A DNA stretch of 63,317 bases, filler included, from Rhabdomonas costata (GCA_019059605.1; 29 parts of 29 records of this genome joined end to end with filler, not necessarily neighbours in it); one strand, 5' to 3'; positions 11,373 to 24,862 are shown, counted from the whole stretch's first letter. Notes: generated from the letters alone by a model not told the origin. Numbers and translations: made by a program.

Positions 11373-12846
11373 GGAGTACAGCGTCTGAGGCTCCGCGATG
11401 CCCTTGAAGGTGAAGTTTCCGGCCTCCGCCATCACCAGCTCGTACTTCTGCCCCGGCCCCAGCCGCTGCATTACGGCCTTGCTCAGCAGGGTCTGCCCGC
11501 CCAGCGCCTTCGACTCCACCCGCGCCGCGTAGTTCACCGTGGGCCCGAAGTAGTCCGCCTGTGCAAGAAGCAGTAAAAGAGACGTAAAAAGGGGTCGAGA
11601 TGCCGGTGGTGACGCACATGTCCAGGCAGAGTCCATGTATCGGGGTTGTGGTTAGGCTCTCACGGAGAATAAAAGCAGGCATGGCAGCAGGCACACAACA
11701 CGGCGGCCCTGGGTGGCAGAGGGGTGCACCCACCCCTCGGTGCGAAAAGCCTCAAAAAAGTAGCGAAAAAAAAACCAATACCAAATCTGCAGCTTAAACC
11801 AAAGGGGTGGTGCGGGAGGAGGGGGAAAGGAGGACACAAGCTGAGCGCAAACGACAGCAGACATACCCGAAGGGTTTGAGTTTCGATCTCGATCTGGTGT
11901 TGGTCCCCTGTGTGCACGCCAATCCTCACCCGCAGCCCACACCACAGAGGGGTGAGGTGGCCGTCGTCGTACTCCAGGGCGCAGTCGGGAAGTCCCAGCA
12001 GCGAGCTCGGCCACTCCGCCTGAGGCCATCCACCGCACAAATCTCGTTGCATAACTTGTCTTTTTTGCATTTTCAGCGATCTTTTCTGGGAGCCCATATT
12101 TCAAAGTTTTTTTTTGTAAAGCAGTTTTCTCATCATCAGGAAACGTTGGTACATTTCTGGACAACTACAAAACAGGTTCAAGAGCAGACTCAGGCAATGC
12201 AACATGAAGCGCAGGGCGAAAAGGCAAGGAAGCGGACTTCTGGGAAGACCTCATCACATACAATGTAACAGCTCCATAAGAAAGCAACCACAGCCCAAGG
12301 TCCCAAACGGAGGCCTTCATGTGGAAGCCAGCACACAGATTTGGATGTCAGGGGAACAGACTGGGGCGAATGCTGTGCTCGGGGGATCACTGAAACCACT
12401 GTCCAAGTAAAGCACACCACGCGTTTGGTTTGATAGTGAGATATTACAGCACACAACCGAGGTCCGTTGCGGCCCCTACAATCCCTAACAGGTCTTCCCT
12501 AGCGGCCCCTACAATCCCTAACAGGTCTTCCCTTAGAAGCAAAGTGCATCCACAAGAGCCCGTGAATCTCGAGCTGGATTTTCGGCTCCAATTCGAAGAA
12601 TGCGGCTAACGACCAAAGAGTTAAGAACAGATACACACACCACTGCTAAAACTGTCCCATTCCCTACGGCTGCCCGGAACTATAAACAAGCTGACCAGCT
12701 GACCCACATTTGGCAGCGACACAGGCAGCATCACACGCATACCACAAGCATCGCTTGCTGCACCATCACCGCGAATCGCACCGCCTTCGAGGGGTCCGAA
12801 AAGGCGACAAAGAAGCTGTCCCCGATCGTCTTCACCTCGTACCCAT
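11373..12846 (-). CDS. Class III adenylyl cyclase catalytic domain, euglenozoan receptor-AC type; exons 12846-12743, 12019-11867, 11558-11373
   Basis: GYEVKTIGDSFFVAF, LWCGLRVRIGVHTG and DYFGPTVNYAARVESKALGGQ...FKGI. GT-AG borders. Confidence 0.93.
12469..12533. repeat. Tandem duplication, 33-bp unit x2 (intronic)
   Basis: GCGGCCCCTACAATCCCTAACAGGTCTTCCCT repeated head-to-tail. Confidence 0.9.
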
Positions 12847-13134
12847 CTGCAGCACAGGAAAGGGGAACAAACCTTGATACTTGCTGCCACCACACCAAAC
12901 AACGCTACACTTCACGCGCCATCGCAAAACGGTACCCCGTTGTTATACCGTTTACCAGCATGGGCACGCCCCCTCCCAGTATAAAAGTGCATCACTCTGA
13001 CACAGAAACAAAGATATTCACAGTCACAAACCCCNNNNNNNNNNNNNNNNNNNNNNNNNNNNNNNNNNNNNNNNNNNNTTAATTAATTAANNNNNNNNNN
13101 NNNNNNNNNNNNNNNNNNNNNNNNNNNNNNNNNN

Positions 13135-14600
13135 GGCGGGGTTGGTGTATGAGGTCCACGCGAACACCAGCGGCCCCGCGGAGGGGCCGCGGTTGTGGGG
13201 CAGCGGGGGCTGGTAGGTGCCGTCGAAGGTGCACGGCTTCACCGGGCACGGCACTTGTACAGGGAACAGCACCGAGGCGATCGTCGACAGGCAGGCCTCG
13301 GCGTCCGCTGGGAGGAAATATGAAGCGATGCTAATCTTGGGCTACCCATCGAAAGGGTGTATTGTGCTGGGTTTTCACCCAAGAAGGGGCGGGAGATGCG
13401 ATGGAGAGAAAATGGCGAGAACAGGAGGGGAAGGAATGAGTGAGAGAATGCGGCTCGGGAAGGAGAGAAGGGAGAAAGGGGAGGCTGTGACGAAGGAAAG
13501 GAAAGTGAAAAGATCCCCCCCAAGGACAAAAGTTTCCCCCAAGTTAAAAAAATTACCCCCAACCAAGCAAGAAAGCTTCAAAACCTCACAAGAGCAGGAA
13601 GCCAGGATATGCGAAAACCCTTAGGATGTCATTTAGGATATTTAGGATGCCCAAGACGTCCTGCACCGCCGTCTAACTCCCTGTAAACCTTCTATTGCAA
13701 TCCCAGCGAGAACGTGCATCCCCAGCTATCCCCATGCAATTCATATTCTTCATTGCTTGACGGTATTTTTTTTTGGAAAAAGGGAAAGAAGGGCAACCGA
13801 GATGGGATGCGGTGTCGGGTGGGAGATGGCAAATGGGAAGCGTACATTGCACGCAAAAAAAGCACATGAGAGACCGAACAGGACCTCTACCGGGTTCCGT
13901 TTCAGAATCACCCCACAAAGGGGTGCTGCATATCAGAGCAGCAGCGACCCGGGGATGATGCGTGACGGGAAAGGGGGGGAGGGTGGCGCGTTCTCAGGAG
14001 GCACCTGTGCCCAGCATCTGCCGAGCAGTGCCCTCCACTACCACATCCACCGCCGGGCCGATGGGCAGACACGGGTTCACTGCATCAGCAAAAGGCGCGA
14101 ACCGTGACCGAGGGGTACTGCGTGTCTGTGTTGTTTTGTGTGTCTTAAGTGTTTGCACAATTGAAGGAGAACTTTGCACTCATGCTGCAGGTTGTCAACC
14201 TGTTGATGTTGTGCTGCTGCTATGTCTTTTGGCGAAATGCTTCCCACTATCAGCCCCAAAAGCCAGTGTGTGTGCGGGTGACATTCATCGAGAAAAAGCA
14301 CAAAGTACAAAAAGCAGAGATGCAAATTGAGAATGGCCCTTGGCATACAATGTCACACAATTGTTACTCCACGCTGCTTTCATATCACACGGGACTACCC
14401 CCACTCCACCTTCTTGATTCCCGGCACAAACCGCTGCGGTTCTTGGCGACCGGAAGGGCGGCGACAAACATGTCCCAGGCGTCGTGGAGGCCAAAGTGGG
14501 GGTAGCTATGGCTGTACAGCATGTAAGTCTCGTTGCTGAGCTTCAGCTTGACATCGTCCCATAGCGGGGGCGCGGTGGGCTCAAACACGACGTGAGAGCA
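13135..14600 (-). CDS. GDA1/CD39 family NTPDase (apyrase), three internal exons
   Basis: YMLYSHSYPHFGLHDA, NPCLPIG...LGT and CPVKPCTFDGTYQPP in family order. Confidence 0.88.
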
Positions 14601-14802
14601 ATACCCTACAACACCGCACAAACACACAACAAACTTGAGCAAGACTGCCTTTTTTGCGGAGACAAAAAACGCAAACACCTTCAAGAGGCAAATTTGCATA
14701 AAGCAGCCAGCACAGCAGAAACACCATGTTCGGGGTTGTGGACAGTAGTCAGCTAAAGGATAGTCAAAGAAAGGAGGTATGACATACACACATCCTCGCA
14801 AG

Positions 14803-14944
14803 CACACACACACACACACACACTTGGTGCACTTGGCAAGGAGGGAGGACTCGAGGTCCACTTTCCCCCTGGGCTCCCACCATTCGATGGGGCATGGGCC
14901 CATCGGGCCTCACACTCTTGTCACACACACATACACACACACAC
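14803..14944 (-). repeat. Short interspersed repeat flanked by (CA)n on both sides, copy 1
   Basis: The reverse complement shares TGTGAGGCCCGATGGGCCCATG...GGACCTCGAGTCCTCCC...GTGCAC.AAGTG-(TG)n with 25950-26059. Confidence 0.8.
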
Positions 14945-15394
14945 TGAGCTGGATGTGAAGGGAGAACACTGGCACGCATACTGTCAGGCACCGAGGTCGG
15001 CTCGAATCCATATCACGGTCTAACACGCTAATCTCGATTAGGCGTTAGGATGAAGGCAATTCAGGCCCCACCCTAAACAAGACTTCCCCTGTGGAACAAG
15101 GGGGCCAGCAGGTGCCTGGTTGAGGACATAAGTTGCCTGGAGATGACGCAGTTTCGAGCAGTCGCGAGACTTAAGACTTAAGATGATGACTGAGAAAGGT
15201 CTATCTCTCTCACCACCCCACCNNNNNNNNNNNNNNNNNNNNNNNNNNNNNNNNNNNNNNNNNNNNTTAATTAATTAANNNNNNNNNNNNNNNNNNNNNN
15301 NNNNNNNNNNNNNNNNNNNNNNGGTGGGGGTGATGGCTCCTTTTTCAATCTCCCTTTGTTCAATCGTTCATTCGTTCGTGTGCTTTCGCTTCAG

Positions 15395-17095
15395 AGGGGC
15401 TTTCAGTGTTGTGAAGTTGGGCGTGAATTTGAAGACGAAGGAGCACGTCGCCATAAAAATTATCAGCAAGAACGACATTGATGTCAGGCTGAGCAACCTG
15501 AAAACCGAGGTGGACATCCTGATGCAGGTTGCCCATCCCAACATTGTCAATCTGCGAGAGGTTTTCGAGGATGAAAACAACGTGTACCTCATCATGGACC
15601 TGTATGTCCACGCTGCTATACTTTTTCGTTCCAGCTCCCCGTTTCCATTCATGCCCTGCCCCTGCTTCTACTTTCTGACACAGGATGATGGGTGTTGAGC
15701 TTTTTGACAGGATATGCACCGATTATCCGATGGGTTACTCCGAAAAGGTACCCTGCTGGAATCGTCACCCACTTCACAGGAGCCCTCCTGTTCTTCTCTT
15801 GTGCTCTTTTTTCTTCAGACAAGTACCAGATCGTCAAAAAGATTCTGGAGGCTGTGGAGTACCTTCACTCGAAGGGAGTTATCCATCGCGACCTCAAGGT
15901 GTGGCTCTACTCCTGTTGAGCATTTTAGGAAAGCCACTGTAGCAAAACCTGGTTGGTTGTTATTTAATTTTTATTACCATGGCTAAAACCAGTAAACTTA
16001 TAAAAACGGGAGTGGTTTGATTATTGCAGTGGCTGCAGTTGGGGTCCTTCGAACTGCCAAGAAGTTGGAGGTCTCGTTATTGAAGCACCTGTGTCAGCTA
16101 GGGGGTGCGGGCTTGGTTGCAGACGTCCTGCAACGCTTGACGTCTTACGTTCGGTCGGTGTGATGAAGGAACAACTCCTCGTAAAGGAGTTGTCGAAAAT
16201 GCCATTAAACGCCATTTACCGATTACGCCATGCAGCCTCGAGTTTGCCTCCTGTTAACTACCAAGATTATAATGGGCTTCAATGCAACGAAACTCGAAGC
16301 CAATGCTCCAATACACAACCCCATATCCACCCACTCACTGAAAAGTGCTCTACCAAACTTCCGGCGTCGAGCCACCTGGTCGAGGAAAGTTTAGTAGGGT
16401 TCATGCAGCCAGTTGTTGACTTCTGGTCTCCCCGGAAGAGTGCTAAAGGAAGACAAAGAAGAACGATAATTCAAAATAACCGGTTTTTTGCTTTTATGAA
16501 GCAAAACAGGTTTTTTACAGCCCTGCCGTCAGCTTCCTCACTCGGCTTGCTTGCACGTGCCAGTTTGTTATGGAAGGTGTTTGCTTAGGACCGTTGCCCT
16601 TTATAACACGGTTTGTGATGTAGACAAAATGGACCGGGGGCGGAAATTTGGCTTGAAACCTCCCGAGAGAGATGAATGCACTTTTTTGCATATTTTTGTC
16701 TCGCATTTTTGGTCTCGCCCATTTTTTTTTCCATTTTTTGCAATTTTTTTTATCCCAGTCGTGGCTTGCCCCCCCTCCCCCAGTAGAAGTTTGCTTTTCG
16801 GAATTTGCTCTAAATTGGGTTGGTCGCTGGGAGGGTGCCCTGTCGTTGTTTGTGTTTTGGGTTGATGGGGCATCAGTAAACTCTTACGGTTCTAGTCGGC
16901 GCCGCGGACGGCAAGTAGAACGCTGATCTGCTCTGCGCTCTCTTTCTCTCCCTCTTTTCCCATCGCAGCCCGAAAACTTGCTCTACGCGCGGCCCGACGA
17001 TGACTCAGACGTGCGTCTGAGTGACTTTGGGTTGGCGAAGATCTACAAGGGCGACATCGTTGTCAAGACAGCGTGTGGGTCTCCTAACTACGTGG
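15395..17095 (+). CDS. CaMKI-like protein kinase; exons 15395-15601, 15684-15747, ~15819/15824-15898, 16969-17095
   Basis: GAFSVV..VAIK, ELFDRI, IHRDLK|PENLL, DFGLAK and TACGSPNYV. Confidence 0.95.
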
Positions 17096-18578
17096 GTTCG
17101 CCAAACAGTCACACTTCACTTATTCACGCGCGCACTTTCACACGTGCACACTCGCACACAATTGAAGTGGCCGGAAGCAAAAGCGGAACAATGCGGGCGA
17201 GTCTGGGTTCCTTGCATCAGGACGTTGAGACACATCAAGACACTTTCCGCTGGGGTTGGCTGACAGCAACTGCACGGGGTTAGAAAGCGAGGCCCGTGCC
17301 TCTCAGGATTCTTCAGAAAGACTCCCGTTAATCCATCTGAATCTGATTCAATCTCATCCAACTGAGCGGCGTTTTGAGACTCACCAAACGTTTGTTGCCG
17401 GGGAGCTTCNNNNNNNNNNNNNNNNNNNNNNNNNNNNNNNNNNNNNNNNNNNNTTAATTAATTAANNNNNNNNNNNNNNNNNNNNNNNNNNNNNNNNNNN
17501 NNNNNNNNNACTGTTAACCTTTGCCCCCCCCCCCAACGTCAGGAAAATGATAAGAAAATACGGGCATTGATGTTCGAAGGCGTATTTGTCGAATTCCTAC
17601 CCGTCTTTTTTCTCCATTCCTAAAGAAGCATCCAGTACAAAATAAGGTCCAGTACAAAATAAAGGTTTATTTGTTGAAGTTGAAGTTGATTAAATTGCTG
17701 TTCCTGTGTTACTTTGCTTTTGAGTTGAGAAGGGTTTTTTCTTGGCAGAGGGTGGGCCAGTTTTTGATCGTTTGATTTCTCTTCACGGATGTCACCCTTG
17801 ACATTTTCGCAGACCGAGATTCAAGCCGTGTATGTCCGGCTCAGAAATCAGTTCCAGGAGATCCTGCTGAACATGCAACGAGTCAGCAAGGCAAGGTATG
17901 CTTACCTTAGAAGCAAGTTGAGGCGGTATAGAAGGCAACCTGAAGGCAATTGCCCGACCTAATTGCCCAGGGCATTGGCCTGATTTGTCCTTCAATTTCC
18001 TTCAAAAATTGTCAAAATTCAAATTATTACATCTCTTTTTAAAGCCACCAAAGCCAACGGTGTTGTCTGGGCGCAGTTGTTGGCCAGAAATCAGAAATCG
18101 CAGTCAAAAAGCCGCATAAGGAACATGAGGAACGGTTCTGCTAGACTTGTGCGCCACACCAATGCAGTTGGTTCCACCTCACCTTGAGTTCAAAGACAAC
18201 TTTCCCAGTACTCCCAGTCACAGTGATTTCGTTCCACCCATCGTGGCTACTTGTCCACCACATTCCGCTTTTGCTTATGCACTTATGCACTAGACACAAC
18301 ACCCTCCCTGAAACGGCTGCCAAGGCGGCCTTGTTTGTGGGCAGCACACCCCCTATCCACCCACTGACCCGGCACACAACAACACGTTGTAACAACAGGA
18401 CGCAGGGTATGCCCTGTGGGAACTAGGACATTATCACGGTTTTGTGTGTCCCTGCGCCTGCATTGTTGGACGAAAAAAATATCAGATTTTGATTTTCTTT
18501 TTCTTCTGGTTTTTTGAAAGACTCCAAACCTTTTCGCGTTTTTCCGTGTGGTGGTGTCTCCCTAATGACATGTGCCAG

Positions 18579-18692
18579 TGGTGTGTGATTGCGAACGGTG
18601 TGACCGGCAGCGTGGACAAGCAGAAGGAGCTGCTGGCCGAGGGGAGGGCCAGGGAGCAGAAGACCAAGGAGGCCATCGTTGAGGCCACCTCG
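18579..18692 (+). CDS. Isolated coding exon, unknown protein
   Basis: AG/GT-bounded GC-rich open segment reading CVIANGVTGSVDKQKELLAEGRAREQKTKEAIVEATS. Confidence 0.5.
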
Positions 18693-21600
18693 GTGAGGTT
18701 CTGGTGCCTCGCCCCCTCCCCCTCGTCCTACACTTTTTGCGGGATAATTCTGTCTGTAGTGGCTGATGCGTGATGCGAGGGATCGGTGTGGGGGAGGTTT
18801 TCACAACCCTCCCAACAGCCGTAACGTCAGCACCTTCGTTTTTGAGGAATGGGAAATACTGCATCAACAAAATAATCAATAATCGAACAACTTTTACGAT
18901 TGATTGACTGACTGAACCGACGAGGCTGCCATGCTGAATTCTGAATGTGCCCTTGTGCGAATGACCTCATAAACCGCTCAAATCGACGCAAGAGCGCCTT
19001 TTTCTTTGCGTTCAAAGTTGGATCCACTTGCCCGTCAAGGGGAATCGGTTTCTGGCATCGACCCCAACCGAAGACCAGTCATTGGACAGCAAAATCTGCC
19101 TTTCAGTCGAAACAGTTTGCACGGGCCTGCAGAGCTTGCTGTTCGGGAGAGATCACTCTTTCCGACTTTTTTGAACTTGGTGTTGGCTTTGCCACCAGCC
19201 AATTTGCTTGCCGACAGTTCTTTCTCTTATCAAAGTCCAAGCCCGATGTAAAGCCAGTGCAAAAGCAAAAGGTCCTTCCAAGCCTGTGTAAAGGCAGGAA
19301 GGTCCCAAAAACACCCCAAAATGGCCCTTAAATTGTCTCTCGCGTTGCTCTAAACCGAAGCATTCTGGCCCACTCCGGAGCCAGCATGAAGTACTCGTGG
19401 GCTCGGTATGCTAAGCAGGCCCGGCCGAAAGCTAAGACTCAGTATGCAGGCCCGAAAAGGTCCGCACCCCAGGACCGGGAAATTTTTCTAAGTCGAAAAT
19501 GCCCTTAAAAGGGCCATAAGAGGAGTCCAAGAGTCCAAGTCCAGAAGCTCATCTCAGGAGTACTACCATACCACAAAAACCCAACCACACCCAACACNNN
19601 NNNNNNNNNNNNNNNNNNNNNNNNNNNNNNNNNNNNNNNNNTTAATTAATTAANNNNNNNNNNNNNNNNNNNNNNNNNNNNNNNNNNNNNNNNNNNNTGT
19701 TGTGTTGTAATAACCATTTTGACTTTCTCTGTGCTACTGTTTCGTCGACATGGTTATTACAACACACAACGGCACTACCGCCAGCTTCCCCAATTGTACG
19801 GTAACGATGTTCCGCTCCTCCTCTGTGTTTGTTTTTGATGGCGTTTTCGTGCTTTCGATGTTCAAGAAAAACGGTTTGGGTCATCCGATGTTTTGCTTTG
19901 CAGGGGTTGTGTTCAATTGTTCTTCTGCCGGTGGGGATTGTCTTGCCGTTGATTCGGGCTCGCCAACAATTCGCTCACATTTCTCGCGCCGGAAAGTCTT
20001 GCCCGCACCGGTAGGTGGGTCTTGGACTTTTGTCCTATGCTAGAGCACTGAACGTCTTGCCTAACCTTAGCGATTGTCGAGGTTCACGGAATGATGCCAA
20101 ATTCTCATCGAGAGGTAGGGTGGAGGAGGATCAGGAGGTACGAAAGTGGAGGGAAGCTAAGATATCGAATCTGCCCCGGTTCCTCGCTGCCCCAGCCTTT
20201 CCGAGAGCTTGATTTGAACAAAAATAGCACCATGCCTCCCGGGGTTTCCATAATGCGTTTTTTCTTCAGGCTTTTTCTACCTCAAAGATCTAGAATAGAC
20301 CCCGGTATAAAAAGGCCAGCGTCGACTTTGCCCAATTCTGTTCAAAGGGAGCTCACCAATGCATCCCAACTCCCGAGGCCCTTCATTCCCATTGCATTGC
20401 CATGGACGTTTTTAGGTATTTCGGGGCTAATAATTTTTTTACCTCTACCATCGCATGAGTTCACCCCAGTTGCGCTGTATTTCGGCTGAATCTGGGACAC
20501 TGAGAGGAAGCGGGTGTTTTGTCTCCAGGGCAAAGCAAGTGGAGGAAGAGTCTTGCAAGGGAATCACAGTACGGACACGTCTCGGCGGGACAACCTGACG
20601 GGGAACGCAGGCAGCTAACACACCTAAACGCACGATAGAGGGTGGCATGCGCGAATCCTCAGTTAAAGCGCTAGAGCGGGTACTGCAAAGAAAGGTTCGC
20701 GTCTCGTGGCAGTGAGGCGGAAGGGTTGAGGTCCAAATTTTTCGTCAGAAAGGACGGGACCTGGCGGGGGGAGATGGGTTCTCCCCCACTCCCACCCTGC
20801 CTTTCCTCGTGTTTTTTTGCCTTCCACAGGGACACCCCCCATTTTGCTTTATCCTTTTGTTTGTGTTGTTTTTCGTTGTTGGTGTTTTGCTTTTGCAGCA
20901 GCCTGTTCTTCGGAGCAGTCACCACGGATCACACTGGCGAGCCGTGCAGCACCTGTTGTTGTTTTTTGGTTGTGGTTGTTAGATTATGATGCTATGAAGC
21001 TGCTAATACAGACTAATACACATTGTGCGGAGGTGAGTGACCCACTCTCTCTCTCGCAGCGTTCTGTTTTTTTCGCTACTCACGACTCTCCCTTGACTTT
21101 GCACACACTCCTTCGCTTCCGTATCCTGCAGGAAAGCCGCTCGGCACGAGGGCGGAGGACAGGTACTTGTCACCGTCCACACCCCATCGGGACACCTTTT
21201 CTTTCGTGCTTGACATTTCACTCCTTTCTTCAAGTCGTTGCGCTGGGGTGCCGTGGATGCTGATTCACGTGGTGCGGGTTGTGGCCTTTTTGCCGGGGCC
21301 ACGGGCCGCCATGTTGGGGGAAAGTATCATCATGACCTGTAATACATGCAGGAGCTGCTGGGTTGTACCACTGTCTCTCTCTGTTGCTCTGTAATCTGCG
21401 CGCTGTGTCTGCTGTGTGTTCTGCTGGGACTCCTTCGGTTTCCATTGCTTTTCAGGGATTCCGTGTGCGAATTCCTGGGTCCTGCTTTCGGCCAGCTGCG
21501 CTGTCTCAGCAGCTTGAGCAAACCCCACCCGCCTGACTTGCCCATACTTGAGAACACTGCCGCTGCTAGCGAACGAGTAGAATGCCCCCTGAGAAGTTCT

Positions 21601-22137
21601 CTCGCCGACACGGCCACGAACCTCCCCTGTTCCTGGCCGGGACTGCATGGGTTGGGGCGAGGTGTCCAGTAGAGGGTTTGATGGAAAGAAGCGATTCCCC
21701 CGCTATCAGAAATTTCTGGGCAGCCAAACTTCATGCTGCAGCCTGTGGCAATGGCAGCGTCTCCTGGAACAACTGACAGCAGCANNNNNNNNNNNNNNNN
21801 NNNNNNNNNNNNNNNNNNNNNNNNNNNNTTAATTAATTAANNNNNNNNNNNNNNNNNNNNNNNNNNNNNNNNNNNNNNNNNNNNTTTTGGTTTGGATATT
21901 GAGGTAGGTGACCTCCCCTTGGGACTTGGAGGGAGGGGGTTACCTACCGAGATTTGGGAAACAGACGGACAGATGGATGTCGCGGATTGGTCTTAGCAAG
22001 GCTGCCTTTTTTGTGGTTCTCAATGTCCTTGTACCGACTTTCGGGCGGTGTTGTCGGGGCAGAGTTATTCATGTCACGCCTAATATGAACCTGTATCCAT
22101 TTACAATTCATGCAAAAGCACTCTTCCCTGTGGACAG

Positions 22138-22861
22138 GCTGAGCGTGGAGCTGTACCGCCCGGAGTTCGGCCGGGCCTCGGTGGGGCTGACTCTGCAGCG
22201 CCCCATGGCCTACAGTGTAGTGCTGAAGATCGGGGATCACCTCACCCACTGCTGCGCCACCGCGGCCTCCGGGGAGACCCCGTTCCCGCTGTGGGTGAAC
22301 AACCTGACCTTCCCCGCGAACTGTGTGGTCACCCTTCCCCCGGCCCAGGTCCTGAACCACCATGTTAATGTGAGATAATGTTTGAGGCGGGGGGGAATGT
22401 GCACAGATGCCAGTGTATGCTTCTCACTTGGCATCACGCCTCCAAATGACTTTCATGACGTCTTTTGGTGTGACGGCTCACCGCCCGACTTGACTGGAGC
22501 TTTGCTGTCGGACGCTACCAGACCACTCGCCTTTTTCAGCGCGGGGGTGACGTGTCTTGCCTCGCAATCCCTCCTGCACTGCCGGGTTTATGGCTAAAAC
22601 TCTTTCCCCTGCTTTTGCAATTGAATTTATACTGCTCAGGGAGAAGGCCTTGTAGTGTGCGAGGCGCTGACGCTGAGCGTGCTGCTGAAGGACAAGCTGG
22701 GTTACCCCCGGCTGGTGGGCTCCACTTCGGACCTGAAGCAGCTGAAGGTTGTCGTGGAGGACCCCAGGGGGAAGTCCCCTGCAGTGGACATCCAGAACAC
22801 CGGCCCTGGGACTTACTCCGCCCGGTTTGACGGCCGCCTGGCAGGGAAGTACAAGCTAGAG
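22138..22861 (+). CDS. Filamin/ABP280-type Ig repeat protein, two exons
   Basis: LSVLLKDKLG...LKVVVEDPRG...DIQNTGPGTYSARFDGRLAGKYKLEV (22640-22861). An upstream exon starts at 22138. Confidence 0.75.
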
Positions 22862-23398
22862 GTCCGGCCGCAGTGACTCTCACCCCCTCTTCATCCCTTT
22901 TTTGATTGCACGAATCTGCTGAATCACTGAATATCTCATCCCCGAGGTGATCTTTTTGGCATGGTGGTTATGGTTTCTCAGGATGCTGTCCTCAGTCTGG
23001 AAGCTAAGAAGGCAACCTTCGGTGGGAGTGGTAAGCCCCAGCTTTGGTGGAAGCGGCCTCTCTCTCCACACAAGGAACATTTCGGCACCACCTGAGCCCA
23101 CCACACACTACCCAACCAATTGCAGGTCATAACAGGGTTGCTGTTGTTTCCAGTGCTGTGGCTGTCGTGAAACTAGCTTCATCTGTGCTGGTTGTGCCCG
23201 CTCTGCCTATAATTGTGCTCTTACCGTTTTGGTCACAGCATTGGGCTTTCAGGATAGCCAAAAATACTGCCAAAAGTTATGAATTTATGAAACTTCTAGC
23301 AAAAAAGCGCAAAAGACCGTGTAACTGCGCCTAACTATGGAGCATTGCTTCTCCTGTGTTCTGCAATTGCCTTCTGTTTGCTCGGCAGCACCGGCACT

Positions 23399-23757
23399 GG
23401 TGCCGGGTACCACCGGTAACGGGTAACATTGGTGCCGGGTACTCCCCCCCCCACTACTTTACAAGACCCAAAGAGTCGGTGATGGAACGCGAGTATTCTT
23501 GGCAATAGTTTTCTGGTGATTTACTGGGGCGGCTCCTTTTCCTGTTTCCATTTGTGCAACTCCCAGCTCCCATCTGGAATTTGCTTCGGGGTCCACGAAC
23601 GAAGGGTTCGCGCGGCCCAAGGCATCCTGGAATAGTCCACTTTTATTGGAGTTCCAGGGAGCACGGGCAGCGCCTCCTCACCCCCTGTAAAGCTTCTTAG
23701 GGAATCCCAGGGAAATCCAGGTACCAGTGGTATCCTGCACCAGTGGTACCGGGTACC
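23399..23757. mobile_element. Candidate MITE-like element
   Basis: Imperfect 19-bp inverted termini (16/19 match) around ~320 bp of non-coding DNA. No clear target-site duplication. Confidence 0.3.
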
Positions 23758-24862
23758 CCACACACACACACGCACACACTTTACAAGAGACGATTCTTTA
23801 TGTCCCTGTGTCCGTGGTCTCTACCCTGCGCTCCTTTGCACAGCGTCATGACAACAAAATGCCCGAAAAACAAAAAAGGTGCGCTTTGGGGGGTCCCCGG
23901 TGCCGGCTCCAGAGTCCTTCACGCTGCTCCCGGGGCGGGTGCGACCGGAGCGCTGCCTGTGCTCCGGGATTNNNNNNNNNNNNNNNNNNNNNNNNNNNNN
24001 NNNNNNNNNNNNNNNTTAATTAATTAANNNNNNNNNNNNNNNNNNNNNNNNNNNNNNNNNNNNNNNNNNNNGGTTGGGTGGAGGGTAACGGTTGCCACTG
24101 GTAAGAGAAAACGTACAACTTATCTTATCTTATCTTATCTTAGCTTGCAAAAGGTCATGTAGCTGATGCAAGTATTTCTGAAATTGCTTTATTTTACTGT
24201 AAAGGGGTTAGGTGAATTGTCGCTGCGATATGAACGGACGAGAAGGAAAGCAGTAGTTTAGGGGCGAAAGCAAGGGACGTGACTGAAGCGAATCCGCGTC
24301 GCGGGTGGAGCGGGCAGCTGGGCAGGCAACGTGACCAGGCCTTTACCAACTTTTATAATATAGCGGGCTGCACCGCCGTAAAATGAGAGTTTTCACACAC
24401 GAAATACTCAGTTTCGGGGTGCTCTTAGGTTTTCTTCTAGGTTGGCAAATTAATGAAGACCAACGGCCAATGTTATGGCGAGGAACAGTTGCAGTTCAGC
24501 GTGTAAAAGACTGGCCTTTCGTGAATTTTGCTGTGCACCACTCCCAAGCGTCTTTTACTCAGTTTTTTCTTGGGCGAGAAAGGGCGTCCTGGAAACGTCA
24601 GCAGCCTGGTCAACTGGCAGAACTTAACCATCATGGTTCCCAAAACAAGACCCTACAGCATAAAGAGGAACTAAAGCCGGGGTGCATTCTTGTAAAAACC
24701 TCAACAAAAACAAAAAGTCCTGAGAACTCAGCTCAGTGAATGTTGCATCTAGTCAGGGCTAATCTAGGTGTCAGGGATAATCTAGGTGTCAGCAAATATC
24801 TCTCTGGATCTGTTCGACATGAGAGTCTCTGAGATGTTCGGGGGGGGGGGGGGGGTATCAGG

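Noticed and set aside
14586-14610. Possible AC-ending intron before VVFEP in the NTPDase gene
   Set aside because: A canonical AG a few codons upstream keeps the frame (GYCSHVVF). Undecidable without cDNA.
14985-15025. GGCTCGAATCC B-box-like motif (tRNA or SINE)
   Set aside because: No cloverleaf or A-box could be built.
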